This document shows, piece by piece, positions 26,576 through 41,428 of a stretch of 64,000 nucleotides of DNA. The stretch comes from Octopus bimaculoides (taxonomy: Eukaryota). The stretch lies in the NCBI RefSeq assembly GCF_001194135.2, contig NC_068981.1:20053443-20117442 (forward strand). The letters are read 5' to 3'. The translations under genes and the position numbers were made by a program. The notes beneath the pieces were generated by a model. That model saw nothing but the letters and a program-made list of their open reading frames with translations. It ran no database searches and was not told the origin of the DNA. The stretch's first letter is position 1, and every line of letters starts with the position of its first letter.

Positions 26576-27106
26576 GTGTGTACTGGGGGGTGTGGACTGC
26601 AAGGGAGACTATGTTGAGAAATAAGCCTCATTTGGTCACAATCTATGAGAATATGAACTTTTCAGCCAGCCCTCATACAAAGGGTAAAAAGCCTCATTGT
26701 TACATTTGTCAGAGAAAAACATGCCTGGGAGAAATGTGAAGACTAAACAAAAATAAAGAAAAGGAAATCATAAAATGCATTCTGAGCAACAACAGTCTCA
26801 TCCTGTCTCTTGCTTTTCATACTGTCTCCAGAAATTTCTAGAAGTTATCCATAGACCTTAGTTCAAATTTTCTCTGGATTAAACAACTTACCTAATCTTT
26901 CTTGATGCACAGAATTTGTTTGATAAGAGACCTTTGGTTGAACAGGCCTATAATCAAAGACATTCTTTCTATGACCATCCAGTTTTTATTCCATGGCTAC
27001 TGAATTTATCTAATTCTTCTAATAACTGTCCAATGGACTAAAATTTTATTTATATAGCAGGGTACCTTACCCAAATATATCTTTCATTTTTTTAATGATG
27101 CTAGAG

Positions 27107-27113
<7 letters not shown>

Positions 27114-27175
<62 letters not shown>
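27114..27175. repeat. (GA)n microsatellite
   Basis: Read directly. Confidence 0.97.
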
Positions 27176-27177
<2 letters not shown>

Positions 27178-29381
27178 TGAGAGATTCAGCTGTTATTTCT
27201 AGCAGACTGTGTAACCAGATAGAAGTTATGTCACTGGTTCATGTGCTGATGATCTTCATAAGTGACAGTAATGAGTAAGTTGTTCGATAACCATCCTAAC
27301 TAAAACTGATATCAATAAAAAGAAACAGTTGATATCACTAAATACATGCATACAAACGTAATACATGCATACACACATTTGCGTGTGCACACACACACAC
27401 ACACACACATATTCAATCCTCACTATATTGTTTCCTAGTTTGCTGGCGTTGCTATGCCAATCACTTCTAATTAAACATTGCTGCTAATTAGTTATTATTT
27501 CACATGCTAATTCCATCAGACTTGTCTACGTGAAACTTCAGTTTATTTCCACTGGTTGCTGGAAGGGGGTTTGTGTAGAGTCTGAGAGAGAAAATGGCTA
27601 ATTTTCTTCTCATCTTCTTTGATTCCATCTCTCATCTTTGACCTGATTTATGTTCTCTTGTATTTCCACATAAACAACCTTTGATCTTAATTACATTAGC
27701 ATTCTTTGGCTGGGATTTATAGATAGTTATTAGTATTTGACTCTAACAACACACACACATAAACACTATATGTGCACAGCCACACAATATAGGCTGCACA
27801 TATATAAACATATGCAAACACATACACACTTACACACATGTGCACACACAAACACACACAAGCATAGATCCTATTTTCAACTATAATTATAAAGGATATA
27901 GAATTCCAAAAAGTAATAATTTAATTCTTATCTAATTATCTTGCTTTTACTCATAATCTCTATTTATTTATATAGAATTGTGTGTGTGTGTGTGTGTGTG
28001 TATGTGTTGTGAACACCAAAATTAATCTATCAAGCCATTGAAGGAGCTCCTACAGGGTCACTTGATAGAAATAAAGTGAAGCCTCTCTGAAAATACACCC
28101 TACTACAATAAAAATAAGGAACATATTAGAAAATATAATCTTAAATTCCCTATCTTTGAATAAAAAAAAAAGAACTGAAATGCTGAAGCTGGACTGATTT
28201 TGATCATAAATGTGCTCAGTCATTGTTGACCTTGGGTTAAACAACAACTTACTGTCTCGTGTGTTATTTATATAGAATAATATCAATAAATATTATGAAG
28301 ACCAATATTATAATTATATTCAGTTATGGCTTTGATTTATGGCTTAGTACTTGACTCTTGCATCACATACACTCTCACACACACACATATATTCACATAA
28401 TATATTATATATATATATATAAATATAAATACACACACACACATACATATANNNNNNNNNNNNNNNNNNNNNNNNNNNNNNNNNNNNNNNNNNNNNNNNN
28501 NNNNNNNNNNNNNNNNNNNNNNNNNNNNNNNNNNNNNNNNNNNNNNNNNNNNNNNNNNNNNNNNNNNNNNNNNNNNNNNNNNNNNNNNNNNNNNNNNNNN
28601 NNNNNNNNNNNNNNNNNNNNNNNNNNNNNNNNNNNNNNNNNNNNNNNNNNNNNNNNNNNNNNNNNNNNNNNNNNNNNNNNNNNNNNNNNNNNNNNNNNNN
28701 NNNNNNNNNNNNNNNNNNNNNNNNNNNNNNNNNNNNNNNNNNNNNNNNNNNNNNNNNNNNNNNNNNNNNNNNNNNNNNNNNNNNNNNNNNNNNNNNNNNN
28801 NNNNNNNNNNNNNNNNNNNNNNNNNNNNNNNNNNNNNNNNNNNNNNNNNNNNNNNNNNNNNNNNNNNNNNNNNNNNNNNNNNNNNNNNNNNNNNNNNNNN
28901 NNNNNNNNNNNNNNNNNNNNNNNNNNNNNNNNNNNNNNNNNNNNNNNNNNNNNNNNNNNNNNNNNNNNNNNNNNNNNNNNNNNNNNNNNNNNNNNNNNNN
29001 NNNNNNNNNNNNNNNNNNNNNNNNNNNNNNNNNNNNNNNNNNNNNNNNNNNNNNNNNNNNNNNNNNNNNNNNNNNNNNNNNNNNNNNNNNNNNNNNNNNN
29101 NNNNNNNNNNNNNNNNNNNNNNNNNNNNNNNNNNNNNNNNNNNNNNNNNNNNNNNNNNNNNNNNNNNNNNNNNNNNNNNNNNNNNNNNNNNNNNNNNNNN
29201 NNNNNNNNNNNNNNNNNNNNNNNNNNNNNNNNNNNNNNATTTGACAATATAATTTTACTGAATATATATCCTTCATCTGCTACTGGCAGCCCCGATGAAT
29301 CATAGCATTATTGAAAAGATGGGAAACGGTTGTCAGTTGTTGGGCTGTGGTCATGTAGAAAGAGGACTTCCTTCATATATG

Positions 29382-29420
<39 letters not shown>

Positions 29421-31989
29421 ATGTATGTATGTATGTATGTATGTATGTATTTTTTGCCTTTTACATATTCAAGTAATTTAGAGAAGGGGTTGTCAGATTG
29501 ATGCAGAGGAGGAGGAGCAAATATTTTGCATTTTCACTATTCAGTGATTCCTGCTTCAAGAGCCTTTTCCATTTGTTGAGCAAGAATATTCGTTAAAAAA
29601 TAAAGGAAGCTATTTGCTGAAATGTCAGATGTATATGGGGGAAATTCTTTAACCACTTGAAACATTTGGATGAAGAAACAACTAATGAAGCATCAGTGAG
29701 GGAGATTAATTAATGGAAAATTGTCTGATATATTCCGCAGAACGAACTGAAGATTACACTTTCCAAGCCCCAACTTTGCCCCATGGCTGACATTTATAGA
29801 TGAACTTAGGGAATGTCCTTTGATCTTGGTTTCAAGTCCCTGTGGCTATATCTACTCTGAGAGCTTTTGATCCCATTGTTTACAGGGTCCATATTTTGAT
29901 GAGGATTTTATGTTTTCAAATGTATCAGCTGAGTGACTGAGATGTATATTTATAAAATAAGAGTACAACTGGTCATCAATGATTAGTGATGGGTTCAATG
30001 TCGGTCCAGTTTTCTAGGATAAATTCTTTAGTCATGTTTTTAGTCCATGTTATTGTTACATGGTATACTACTAATAAAACTCATTAAGAAAATATTCCTC
30101 ATCATAATTTTACTTTCTGATTCATGAGATATTATTTTATATGACATGTAAATTTCTTGTGCAGAGTCAGCCATGATGTCTTTGTTTTTAAACTTTGGTG
30201 AGTGGGAGCAATGCTGATGGTGATAGCAGAGATTATGATGGTGGTGGTGGTTGAGATTAGGTTGAAGGTGGATATGATGCTGATGATGGTGGTGAGGATT
30301 ATGATGGTATTGGTTGAAATGATGATGCAACAGTAGCAGAATGGCATTGTGAGGGATGTACATTCCATTTTTACCCATGTAATTCAGCATTCTATGACTT
30401 CTGCTCTGAAACATTACTAGAGCCAAATTTATATGTATACTTCATCATACCATTCTGATCCTAGTATAATAAAATTAGTAGCAGTGATATGCTGAGGGTT
30501 AATGAATTATTCACAAAAGTCTTCAAAACTCGCCTAGTGGTACCACCAACTCCACTCAGGCTTACCTACCTCACTCATCTCTCATCACCTATATTGTGTG
30601 TTCATCCCTACCATACACCTCATTAATCCCCATATTCAGTCCTTCTTCCTCAGAACATCATAGTTGTTGTCCCCATCTTCACTGCTACCAGCATCACCAC
30701 TGCTGCTATATCACCACACTACTCCTATGTTCTTCCTTTCATTTGTCATATTGCACTTGTTGAAGAGAACCATTAACCATATTGATCCCGCCAGTCTTTG
30801 AAGGCTTTAAACATAGCCCCTTCCACCATAGCAAACCAATGAAAGTAACCAAGAAATTGACAGTACTTTAATTGTTCTAGTTGTTTAACCCCAGGTCAGC
30901 CCTGAGAAAGCAGACCTATGGTCAAAGATATTCCAGTTTTAACTATCCTATTTTTTTTTAAGGCAAATTGCACCCATGGCCATGTTATTAACTGTGTTGT
31001 TTTTATTTTTACTAAGATATGAGATTTGGAGGATTTTTGACTACTATGGTTTGTGGGTCAAGTGACTACGTAGAGCACTCCACTCTTTGGCTCATTTCAG
31101 TAATTTATTCATGTGCATTATCATTAACATCATCATAACTATAATCACCAACATCATCATCATCATTACTGATATCCTCATTACTAACATCACTTCCATC
31201 ATCATCATCACCTACAACTTCTTGCAACTCTCTCCCAACCCTGTTTCCCATACAGACGTCATTGTGTAGAAATTTCAAACTAAAGTATTGGTAATATTAT
31301 AGACTGCCAAAGAACTATAGGCACTGACTTTCTACTACTTCACCCTCAAATAAAAATGGAAACTAAAAAAAAAAAAAAATCATAAAAACGTCACAAAACT
31401 GATTTTATCACACTTGAGAGAGATAAAAAGATATTCATTAATTGATTGATAAGTTTACTGTTTATAATGACATTTTATGATATATTATTTTATCTGACTG
31501 TCCATAGTAATTTTATTCTAAATTTCTTTTATTAGCAACTCCTGCTGTTATATAGAGTCTAGCAGAAATAGTGTAGAAAATTTACTTAGAACACAGCTGA
31601 CAAAAGTTTTCCTGTTTTTATCAATTATAAACTGCTTTATTGTTCAGGAATTGTATGTTGTTAGTATAAGAATGGTTATTATTGTCTTGTCTCTCACTTC
31701 ATAACTACATGTCTTCAATATTCTTTTAAACCACTTAGCAAAGATAAATTCACGTAAAGTTGAGTGCTGTTAATAAATATATATTCAATAAACACTTATC
31801 TACCACAAGGTGTAGAAATATTTTTCCAGATTTAATATTCTTGAAATTTTTTCATCTTAACATATTGATGGAAACATTTTTCACTCTTTAACTTACTTAT
31901 TATTTCTTTGCATTTTTACAAAATATGATTTAGTCTGTTCTTCTTTATATACTGTACATGTCACTTGCTATATCAGGTGTGCTGTATTT

Positions 31990-33260
31990 ACATATATACC
32001 ACAGGAGTGGAAGGTTGATAGCATTATCTCCTTATTCAAGATGATGATAGAAAAGAATGTGGGAACCGACAAGGGATTTCTCTGCTTGCTATTGTTGGAA
32101 AGGTCCTTGCAAAAATGTTGCTTGATAGGCTGAGTGAGAAAATCACAGTTGTTCTGCATGAAAGTCAATGTTAGTTCAGAAGGGAAAGTTTCCATCAAGA
32201 GAAATGTTGAACAGAACAAGGCACAATACCTGGTCTCCATTGATTTCACAAAGGCATTCAACATAGTAAATCAGTAAAGTCAGTGGCTGATATTCAGAAG
32301 GTTCTGATGTTCAAGAATGTTCACTGCATGACTGAGTTCCTAAACATTGACATGTATGAAGGGCTCATGTTACACATTTGAACTTAGCTGTGCACATTTA
32401 AATGTTACAATGTGAGTTACAAAGACATTTAACTATAGACAAGACCTAGTGCTAATCTATTTAAGGTGTCACACCCCAAAACTAAGATAAAAACTACACA
32501 TATCTGAGAGAAATATTGTTTACTGATGATTATATTCTTGTTTCTAATAGTACAATAAACATGCAAAGCCTGGTACATGATTTTGGCAGTCCAGTAACAA
32601 AGTTCAGCATGAGTATTAACATCCAGAAGACAAAAGTTCTCTGTCTGCTATGCCTTGACTAAAATCAGGTAGCATAACCTGAGCCCATCATCAATGGTTA
32701 GCAACTAGTAAAGGCAAGTAATTTTACCTACCTGAGCAGCATAAATGTGTAATGATGTTAGGATTAGTAAAGAACTAGACCACAAAAAAAGCAGTGCTAA
32801 CTCAGCATTTAGAAGGTTGAGACAGTAACTGTAATGCAAGAAGCATGTTACCACCCAAGTGAACATTGTTCACATCAGAGACAGAGACATTATGCTGCAA
32901 CAGGTAAAAAGAAAATTGCATGCATTTATGATGACACTTGAGACATCACCTGGAAAGACAGGGTTGGATACATTATTATTTGAGAAAAATTTAATTTTCT
33001 TAGCATGAAAGTAGTATTGATGAAGTACAATCTCCATTAGTTTGGGTATGTCCAAAGAATAGACAAAACTTAGTTACCAAAACTAATGCTACATTCAAAA
33101 CTGGCTAACAGTATAAGAAATCATGGTTGACCCTGACTGAAATACAATGATGTTGTTAAACACAACTTAAAGTGACTAAACATCAACATCCACAGTTGGA
33201 GCGCATTAAGCCAGGCAAAAACTTATGGAGGAGAATGATCCATGTTTTGATACTTGACCT
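31990..33260 (+). mobile_element. RTE (BovB-like) LINE reverse-transcriptase fossil, running to its 3' end
   Basis: Hand translation: DRKECGNRQGISLLAIVGKVLAKMLLDRL...LHESQC*FRR; LVSIDFTKAFNIV; LFTDDY (YADD-like); FTYLSS; WKDRV; YNDVVKHNLK. Confidence 0.85.
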
Positions 33261-34134
33261 GAGACTGATGCATATGGATAGTCATTAATATTAGCAGACA
33301 GTTATGATTTTTACAAAACAATTTTGTTTTAATGGTTTAGCCTTTGTTCTTCATTCAAATGCTGTATATGTCATTTTGCTCAAGTTAGAACTGAATTCAC
33401 AAACCTTTTATTTCATAGTTTTATTCACTAAACCATGAATGAATAGTTACAAACATTTGTCAGTATTTAATTGATATTAGTTGCGGCTTATACAAATAAC
33501 TCATCCTTATATCTTAAGTTTTCTCTATCAGATTGCTTTCCCCAGGTTAAAAAAAAAAAAAGATAAAAAAAAAGAGTTCCTTGATTATATTTTCATGACA
33601 CTTTATACATCTCTATAAAACCTAGGAATAATGTTAATTTAGTTAGATTTTCCTCATGTAATATTTAAAACTCTATTCTAATTAAGAGAGTCATAAATAT
33701 CACATCATGATGAATACAAAATTAATTTAGAAAAAATGAAAAGAAATTATTTTTATTTGCCTAAACTAAAGAGGAATATTTTCCAAAAATGTTATAAAAT
33801 ATCTCGCACTTTTATTCTGTTTATTTTAGTTCTAGGCTGCCTCAAGGGAGAACCACTTTGATTTTTAAGTTGTATTATCTTAATTTGAATTCACTGTAGC
33901 ATTCACAGCTAGTGAGGAATGCTATCAATGAAATGGCACTGGAAAAGGCAAAGAACCATAATGAAAAATATATCAAAATGACAACAGTTTTGAACAGATT
34001 TGCACTGTCTATAAAATTACCATCCACATAAAAAGATATTTTATTAACACTAAATTAAACTCAAAATTTCTCTCAAATTTGTGAGTTTGTTTTTTCCTCT
34101 GAATCATCTTTCCTTATATTTTTCTTCAGAATGC

Positions 34135-34545
34135 AGTTACAGTCTGTTGTTGTTGGTGGCACTCCGTCGGTTACGACGTCGAGGGTTCCAGTTGATCCGA
34201 TCAACGGAACAGCCTGCTCATGAAATTAACGTGCAAGTGGCTGAGCACTCCACAGATACGTGTACCCTTAACGTAGTTCTCGGGGATATTCAGCATGACA
34301 CAGTGTGACAGGGCTGACCCTTTGAATTACAGGCACAACAGAAACAGGAAGTAAGAGTGAGAGAAAGTTGTGGTGAAAGAGTACAGCAGGGTTCACCACC
34401 ATCCCCTGCCGGAACCTCGTAGAGCTTTAGGTGTTTTCGCTCAATAAACACTCACAACGCCCGGTCTGGGAATCGAAACCGCGATCCTATGACCACGAGT
34501 CTGCTGCCCTAACCACTGGGCCATTGCGCCTCCACTAGTTACAGT
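34135..34545 (-). mobile_element. full-length young tRNA-derived SINE (34144-34536) with a 9-bp TSD
   Basis: A box TGGCCCAGTGG (34513-34523), B box GGTTTCGATTCC (34469-34480), (CAA)n tail, AGTTACAGT at 34135-34143 and 34537-34545; CpGs retained. Older body remnants at ~18340-18440 and ~59580-59690. Confidence 0.92.
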
Positions 34546-37091
34546 TTAATAATACTTAAACAACAATGTCCTTGTTATACCCAACACAAACCAGTATGCT
34601 CCAACATTTGCATTACTTAGCTGACTATTCTCTACCTTCATGGTCACTTAATTATTAGCCAAACTAAGGGTGCCTTTAAGGAATCAGCCAACCTACTTGA
34701 AATTGCAGTCAAATCTCCCTCAAAGTATATTTATTCTATGACACATTTTATAATGTAGTCCTTGATACACAGTCTGAATAAGAGATGGGATGGCTATGGC
34801 TAGAACGCCTGTGACCACAGTTCTAGTTGATTTGATTCAAGGTTGCTCCAGAGTAAACAACAACAATAAATCATAGCGCAAGGCAACAAGGGAACCTCTA
34901 TATGGTCATTCAAACTGCTAAATATAATAGCCAAATATCCTTCAAATCACACCCTACCTCTCCAGAAAAGGTAAAGGGACAACTAGATCAAGATAGATGT
35001 GAATAAAAACAGGATTGTCATGAGTGCAACGTCTTTGGTCGTTGTAGACTGGATCTAATCAAGACTTAATTAATAACAATAGTAATATCTACATTGTTAT
35101 TTGATCTAGTCTTTGAACAATTTCTTGGCAGTTCTATAAAATGAAGTGCAATTCCTAGGACAGCTAAGCTCCATAATGAAGATAAGATTAGCAAAGACTA
35201 GAACTCTCTGTAACTCAGCTCAAGCCAAAAAAGGAGACTACATGTCTCCTATTTACTTGAAATACCAGCCAAATTACTTCCAAATAATCCTCTATCTTCA
35301 TTAAAAAAGACACACAGAATACACTGATACACTGTATTTGGTAAAAAGATGGTATTATAGCCAGAATTTCCTTGGTCATAGATTTAAAAGACCAAAACTG
35401 ACTTGGAGCTAAACAACTTCTATCTGTAATTCAACTCAAGGCAACAAGAGAGCCTTTACATAGTTATCCAGTTTGTTAGAAATGGCTAAAGCTCCCTCAA
35501 ATCATATCTTACAGTCTTAAAAAAATGAAGGAAACATTGAAGAATGTAGTCTTAAATACACCATATTAAAAAAAAAAAAACAGAATGGTCATGGCTGGAA
35601 TGCCTTCAACCATAGATCTGCCAGGTTAGGACTGACTTGAAAATAAACATCTCATCCAATGTGGAACTGGCAGCAGACACTCAGCAGCAAAATGAAATAT
35701 TTTGCACTGAGTGATTGAAACTTATTTCATTGGTTCCAGCACATTGCTGGTAGTTCTTTTATTAATTCCAGAGAGAGATAAAGAGTAAAGTTAGTCGTGG
35801 TGTAATTAAAATTCAGACAATGAAATATAAATAATGCTCCAAGGCAGCACATTCCCATTCTCCTACCCCCATTCTGTCAAATACATGAAATTGTCTATTC
35901 TAAATGAAGTTATCTATTCTATTCTATATTAAATTATTTTCTAACTCAGTTGTGTACCAAGGACAGTTTCTTCAGGGCCCAAAAATATTTTCACTTTGAC
36001 CAATTATTGACCTGCATAGTTCAAGTGTGACATATTAAAAACTAGTTATATGTCTGGAACAGTACAACACACACACACACACAAGCATTGTAAACAACTT
36101 CCAAAGAAGGTCATTCATGTGACTTACCTATCAGCATTTTATAACCACTTGTTCTTAGATGTGCTGTTTCTTCTGATCTCCTGTATTGCTACTGGTCCTT
36201 TGCTCAACACATTATTCATATTGAACATCATCCTACCAACCCTCACTTTAAACACTGTCCAGTCCTTTCTTCTCATGACTACACCTGTCTGGAATTCCAT
36301 CTTTGTTCTACCACCAAAAGACAACTTTAGAAGTTCAATCTGAACATCAGCAGGATCAACTTTACCAACTTGGAATTTCTTGGGAAGACCACAAGTATCA
36401 GCATTTCTCTTCTAATTTTACTCTACATAGGCTATGACAGTTTTAGGAACAATTACTGCATATTTTATTGGCCACCTGATTTCTTTGGTTGTAAATTTTT
36501 AAAAAATTTATTTATGCCTTTATTAAATGAGTCAGGTTAGTAGCCATGACTGAGTGCCTCCAGAATGGTTAGAAAATAGGAGGAAGTTATTTTCAAACTG
36601 GGGAGTGGTAGAGCAGTTATAGGTCTGTTGGTTGTGTTAAATTAAACCAACTAACTAAATTTCATTCACAAGGCTATGCCCAAAGTCCCATGCAGTATGA
36701 CTGAACTCCAAATCACATAGTTGTAACCAAAATTTCTGAATCATACAGTTTTTTTCTGCTTCCATAGATTAACAATGTCTTTATGACTCTAATCACTATA
36801 CTTATGGACACATGCAGGTTTTATGATAGCAAGTCATTACCATAATCGAAACGTGGTCAGGAGTTCAACCCACGCTACAGTATTTGAATTGTATGTTCCC
36901 CATGACAGATACAACATTCTATAACAGTATGCAAATGTCTTTCTTATGTTTCCGCCAATGATAACAGGGAAACTTCTTCAGCTGACCAAACTTGAGTTGA
37001 GGCTGAACAATACCATAGAGAATTAGATGTAAATTAATTTAAATAAATATTTATTTCTTATAATATTCACACACCGTGTGTTCTCTCTCTC

Positions 37092-37152
<61 letters not shown>

Positions 37153-38867
37153 TACATGCATAAATTACTTTAGACATGTAGATTCACACAGATACATATG
37201 AATGTAAGTAATTATGTCTGCTTGTATAAAGATAGATATATATGTATGTGTTAAAGCTATGTATCATACTTCACAAATGTTTTCCAAACAACAAATTAAA
37301 ACTGTTTTTAAAATGGAATAAAATGTTTGTTTTGTTCACTTCCATTATCTATTGTATATTTGTGGGTTACTTCATTCACAGTGTCTTTGGATTCCTAATA
37401 TAGTAATGTAAATAAGCAGCAAGCTTGTAGATAGGCATCTAACATTGAATGTTCAATGCCTCTATCTTGGATGTCTTTTCATAGATAAGCTGGCATTTAT
37501 CTAACTCTTCCACTATGTGTAACCAATTTCAATAGCAGGTGAATTAGTAATTTTTGCCCACCTGTTTCTGTTGTATGGTTGCCAAAATCAGAAACTTCAT
37601 TGTATTCATCAACATTTTTGCTGCAACACTCAGGTTATCAGGCAGAGACACTTCTGCATTTTTAGAGTCAGGTAGAGATTTTCATAAAACCTATGTAACA
37701 ACATTGTCACTTTGAATGGCATGCCCTGGATTTGTGTAAGCTCAGACCAGCTCTGTTCTCAAACTTGTACTAATTCAGAGCCAGTTGAGCTTTCAGTTCA
37801 GCATTTAACATCATTTATCTGAAGTGTTGGTAACAAGTTAATTCTATAAAACAGATCACCTGTCTCACAAGAGAGACCAATTATATGTTGCTCAACCAAA
37901 TGTACCTGTAATTCTCAGTTCTCCCTTTACCAGTTTTAGAATGCAATCATGACTCCATACATTGTTTTCTGTTGGTACTGAAAATTATTTATGGACAGTA
38001 GTGTTATGGCCACATCATTTTTGAAAGAACTTTGTAAAGAGATTTACTCAAAATTTGTATCAAAAGTTTATAATCTGTCACAGCTAGGAATGATGTGTCA
38101 TACACATAGTTGTGAAAGTGTTCAGCAGTAGAAACTATCATTCTTACTTCCTTTTCAATTTGAGTCCTTTTCCGTTCAATGATATTGATGCATATGCAAC
38201 TGGTGATCTACTTGCCATAAAACAGTGTCAAATGTGGTTTTGCTGGCATCTATTGATATTAATACACTCTTTGTTATGTCAAAGCACTCCAGTACTGCTG
38301 AGATACTAACTGCCAGTCTGATACTGTTAAATACATTGGTCTGTAAGCTTTCTCAGAGGTTCTCCCACCTTTGACAGATGAAGAATAAACTTGGTCAATT
38401 ATGTTAGCATGCCTGCAATCAGTTGGCAGTTGTAAAGTAGAGAGAGCAAAAATTTTATGTGGATCCGTTTTTATTCCTCTGTTTAGTAGGTGTTCAAAAT
38501 ATTTTACTTGGTCAATTATATAACTGAGTTTTCTTTGAATTCAGTTTTAGACTTGTGTTTCTACATCATTTAAAACAGCTTGTAGGTATTTGCATCGATC
38601 ATTCTATGTGATCACCACTTCACTTTTTACATATCTGCCACCTTTGTTTTTAATTATTTATTACCATCTCTCTCTCTCTCTCTCTCAACACGCATGTGCA
38701 CATGTGTGTGTGAATATATGTACAGAGCATCACCAAATTGTTTTGAAGTTCATTTTCCATAAATGAAATTTTACTGGGTTCAATTCCACCAACAGGTATT
38801 TTGGGTAATTTTATCCTTTGCCATAACTGCAGGTCATTCTATATATGTATATATATATATGTGTGTG

Positions 38868-38914
<47 letters not shown>

Positions 38915-39616
38915 ACACATGTCTGCACACTCCTATATATGAATGGCCATTAGAGGAATAATAAATCTTGTATAGTTTCTGAATGTTCACATCTCAACTG
39001 CAAAATCAATTGGGAAAAATATTGAGCCGAACTAAACATTAAGAGAGACTAGAATATACCATTTATACTACAGCAAAGAGGAAGAGTGTAGAAAGGTAGG
39101 GAGGGGAGATAAATTGGGATATCTTGATCCACATAAAAGAGATAAAGAGAGATAAAACAATGTATTATCATCTATAGAGTAGAATATGGTATTTGAGGAT
39201 TGGAGAAAATATTCAGCGTGTTGCTTCCATAGATTTCCACCTTATTGATATCTCATTTATTGGCTGTATGTCTATTTGTGTGTGTTGTGTGTGTAGTGGT
39301 ACTTGCATGTGTCTGGTGGTGTATGTAATCGTGTGAATAGTGTGTTGAAAGGTGTATGCTAATGATGTGTTTGATTGTGTGGGAGGATGGACTATGCCAG
39401 ATAGTTTGTGTGTGTGTGTTAGTCATCATGTAATATGTAAGCTTGTGTTTATCTATGTATGTGTATTATGATAGTGTCATGGTATGTGTATGCATGATGA
39501 GTAATTTTGTGTGGAATGATGTATATTTGTGTGTGTGTGTGTGTGATATATGTCTGTGCATATCTCTATGTGTATGTATATATTTATATATATATTCATA
39601 CTTTCATATCCATTTC

Positions 39617-39691
<75 letters not shown>

Positions 39692-40331
39692 GTATGTATA
39701 TATGCATACACAAGCCAGCATGGAAAATGGATGTTAAATGATGACGTTAAAAATAAATTATATTTATTCATACTTTCTTACTCATTCTTTTATGAAGCTA
39801 TCATCATCATCTTCATCATCATCATCATTATTACCATCCCATCATCCCTATTGGATGGGTCTCTAGACATTATCAGACCATTGTCCACATTGAAAGTCTT
39901 CTGAATGTTTGATGATGTTAGGGTCATAGGTTATTTAGTATATCAATTCTAAGTCAGCCTACCATCACTTATCACTGAGACATTGTATTTTAATTCCTTA
40001 TTCTCATCACATTCCTCCATCCTTATGGCAGGTGTCTTTCAAAGGAGCCTCTATATAATCAATCAACCTACTAGAAATAGCAGTTAAATTCCTATCAAAT
40101 CATTTCCTATTGTCTTAGAAAATGGAAAGGATTTACTGGGTAAAATAGTCCTACATGCACCTATGAAGATTGGTTGCTCAAGTCTAGAATGACTGATCAC
40201 AACTACATCATCTGACATCACGTTATACACCTCACATATTATTTTGGTCATTTTCTTTACTTTGTGTTTTTTAATACATTTCTAAAACAATATTGCTCTC
40301 TCCCCATATTACCTATAACCAATTTATATAT

Positions 40332-40368
<37 letters not shown>

Positions 40369-40376
40369 ATCTCATA

Positions 40377-41428
40377 TACAGTGCTCATCAGTTTTATTTA
40401 GGACGACTCTTTCAAGAGTTCTTTCTTCCGGTTCATTCGGCAAATGACAAGGTGCACAAATCATTGTCTTAAAAGTGTTAGCATAGTGATTCAGAGATAG
40501 CTTGCTTTCTGAGAGTTATCTGACCCTTTGTTGTCAAAGTTCAAAAGGAGCTGGAAGCTGATGATGGGGATCCAACATCAGCGGCTTAACACAAAATGCA
40601 AAACACATACACAGGGTCCTAATACCATTAGAACACATAACTTTGTACAAAAACAAAAATCCAAGAAATAATTGATAAAAACCCCAAAATGTTAGAGCTA
40701 TTTCAAGGGACCTCAAAGTTTCAGAATGCACCATTAGAAGAGTTGTGCATGAAGACATCCAGTACAAGCTGTATGTGAAGCACAGGAATCAGTTTATGTT
40801 GGATGTAATAAGAAAGAATTGGTGAGACATGCAAAGCACTTGCTAAACAAGCTGAAATATCAAGGGGCTGCAATTTCAGTTTTTATCCAATTGATAAAAC
40901 TTAAGTTAGGATCAAAAAGTAAACCAGAAGAACTGTTTTTCACAAGGCTTTAAAAACTATGCTATCCTGCACAGAGATGTTGGAGAGAGTTATGAGGCCT
41001 TGGATATGCAACAGAAGACTGTATGTCTTCTAACAAGACTTTGTGCCATTTCATAAAGCTAAGACAACTCAAGCATGGATGTGTGCCAATCTCTTCAGCA
41101 GACCTCAGTCTACTGAACCATTACATATGGGTTGTAGTCAGAAGAGGTCAATGAGCATGCCCATTATACTATACAATCTCTCGAGTCTGCCATAACCAGC
41201 ACTATGTCCAAAATTGATAAAGATCATCTGATTCAGGCATGTCAATGCTTCAGAACCTGAACTGAAGCAACCATTGATGCTAATGGTGGATTCATTGAAA
41301 AGGTTTCATAAAAAGATTTTCAAGATTATTTGTACCAGTTTGTTTTCTAATTTCTTTAAAGAGTTGTGTTTTTTTTGTTTTTTTCTAAATTCATAGAAAT
41401 GACCTCCAAAACACCGACATACCCTGTA
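40377..41428 (+). mobile_element. Tc1/mariner maT-like transposon fossil
   Basis: RAISRDLKVSECTIRRVVHEDIQYKLY; VMRPWICNRRLYVF*QDFVPFHKAKTTQAWM; LIQACQCFRT*TEATIDANGGFIEK; weak TIRs TACAGTGC.. / ..ACCCTGTA. Confidence 0.8.

Noticed and set aside
34460-34536. tRNA gene
   Set aside because: The A and B boxes run into a SINE body with a tail and TSD; no full cloverleaf is evident.
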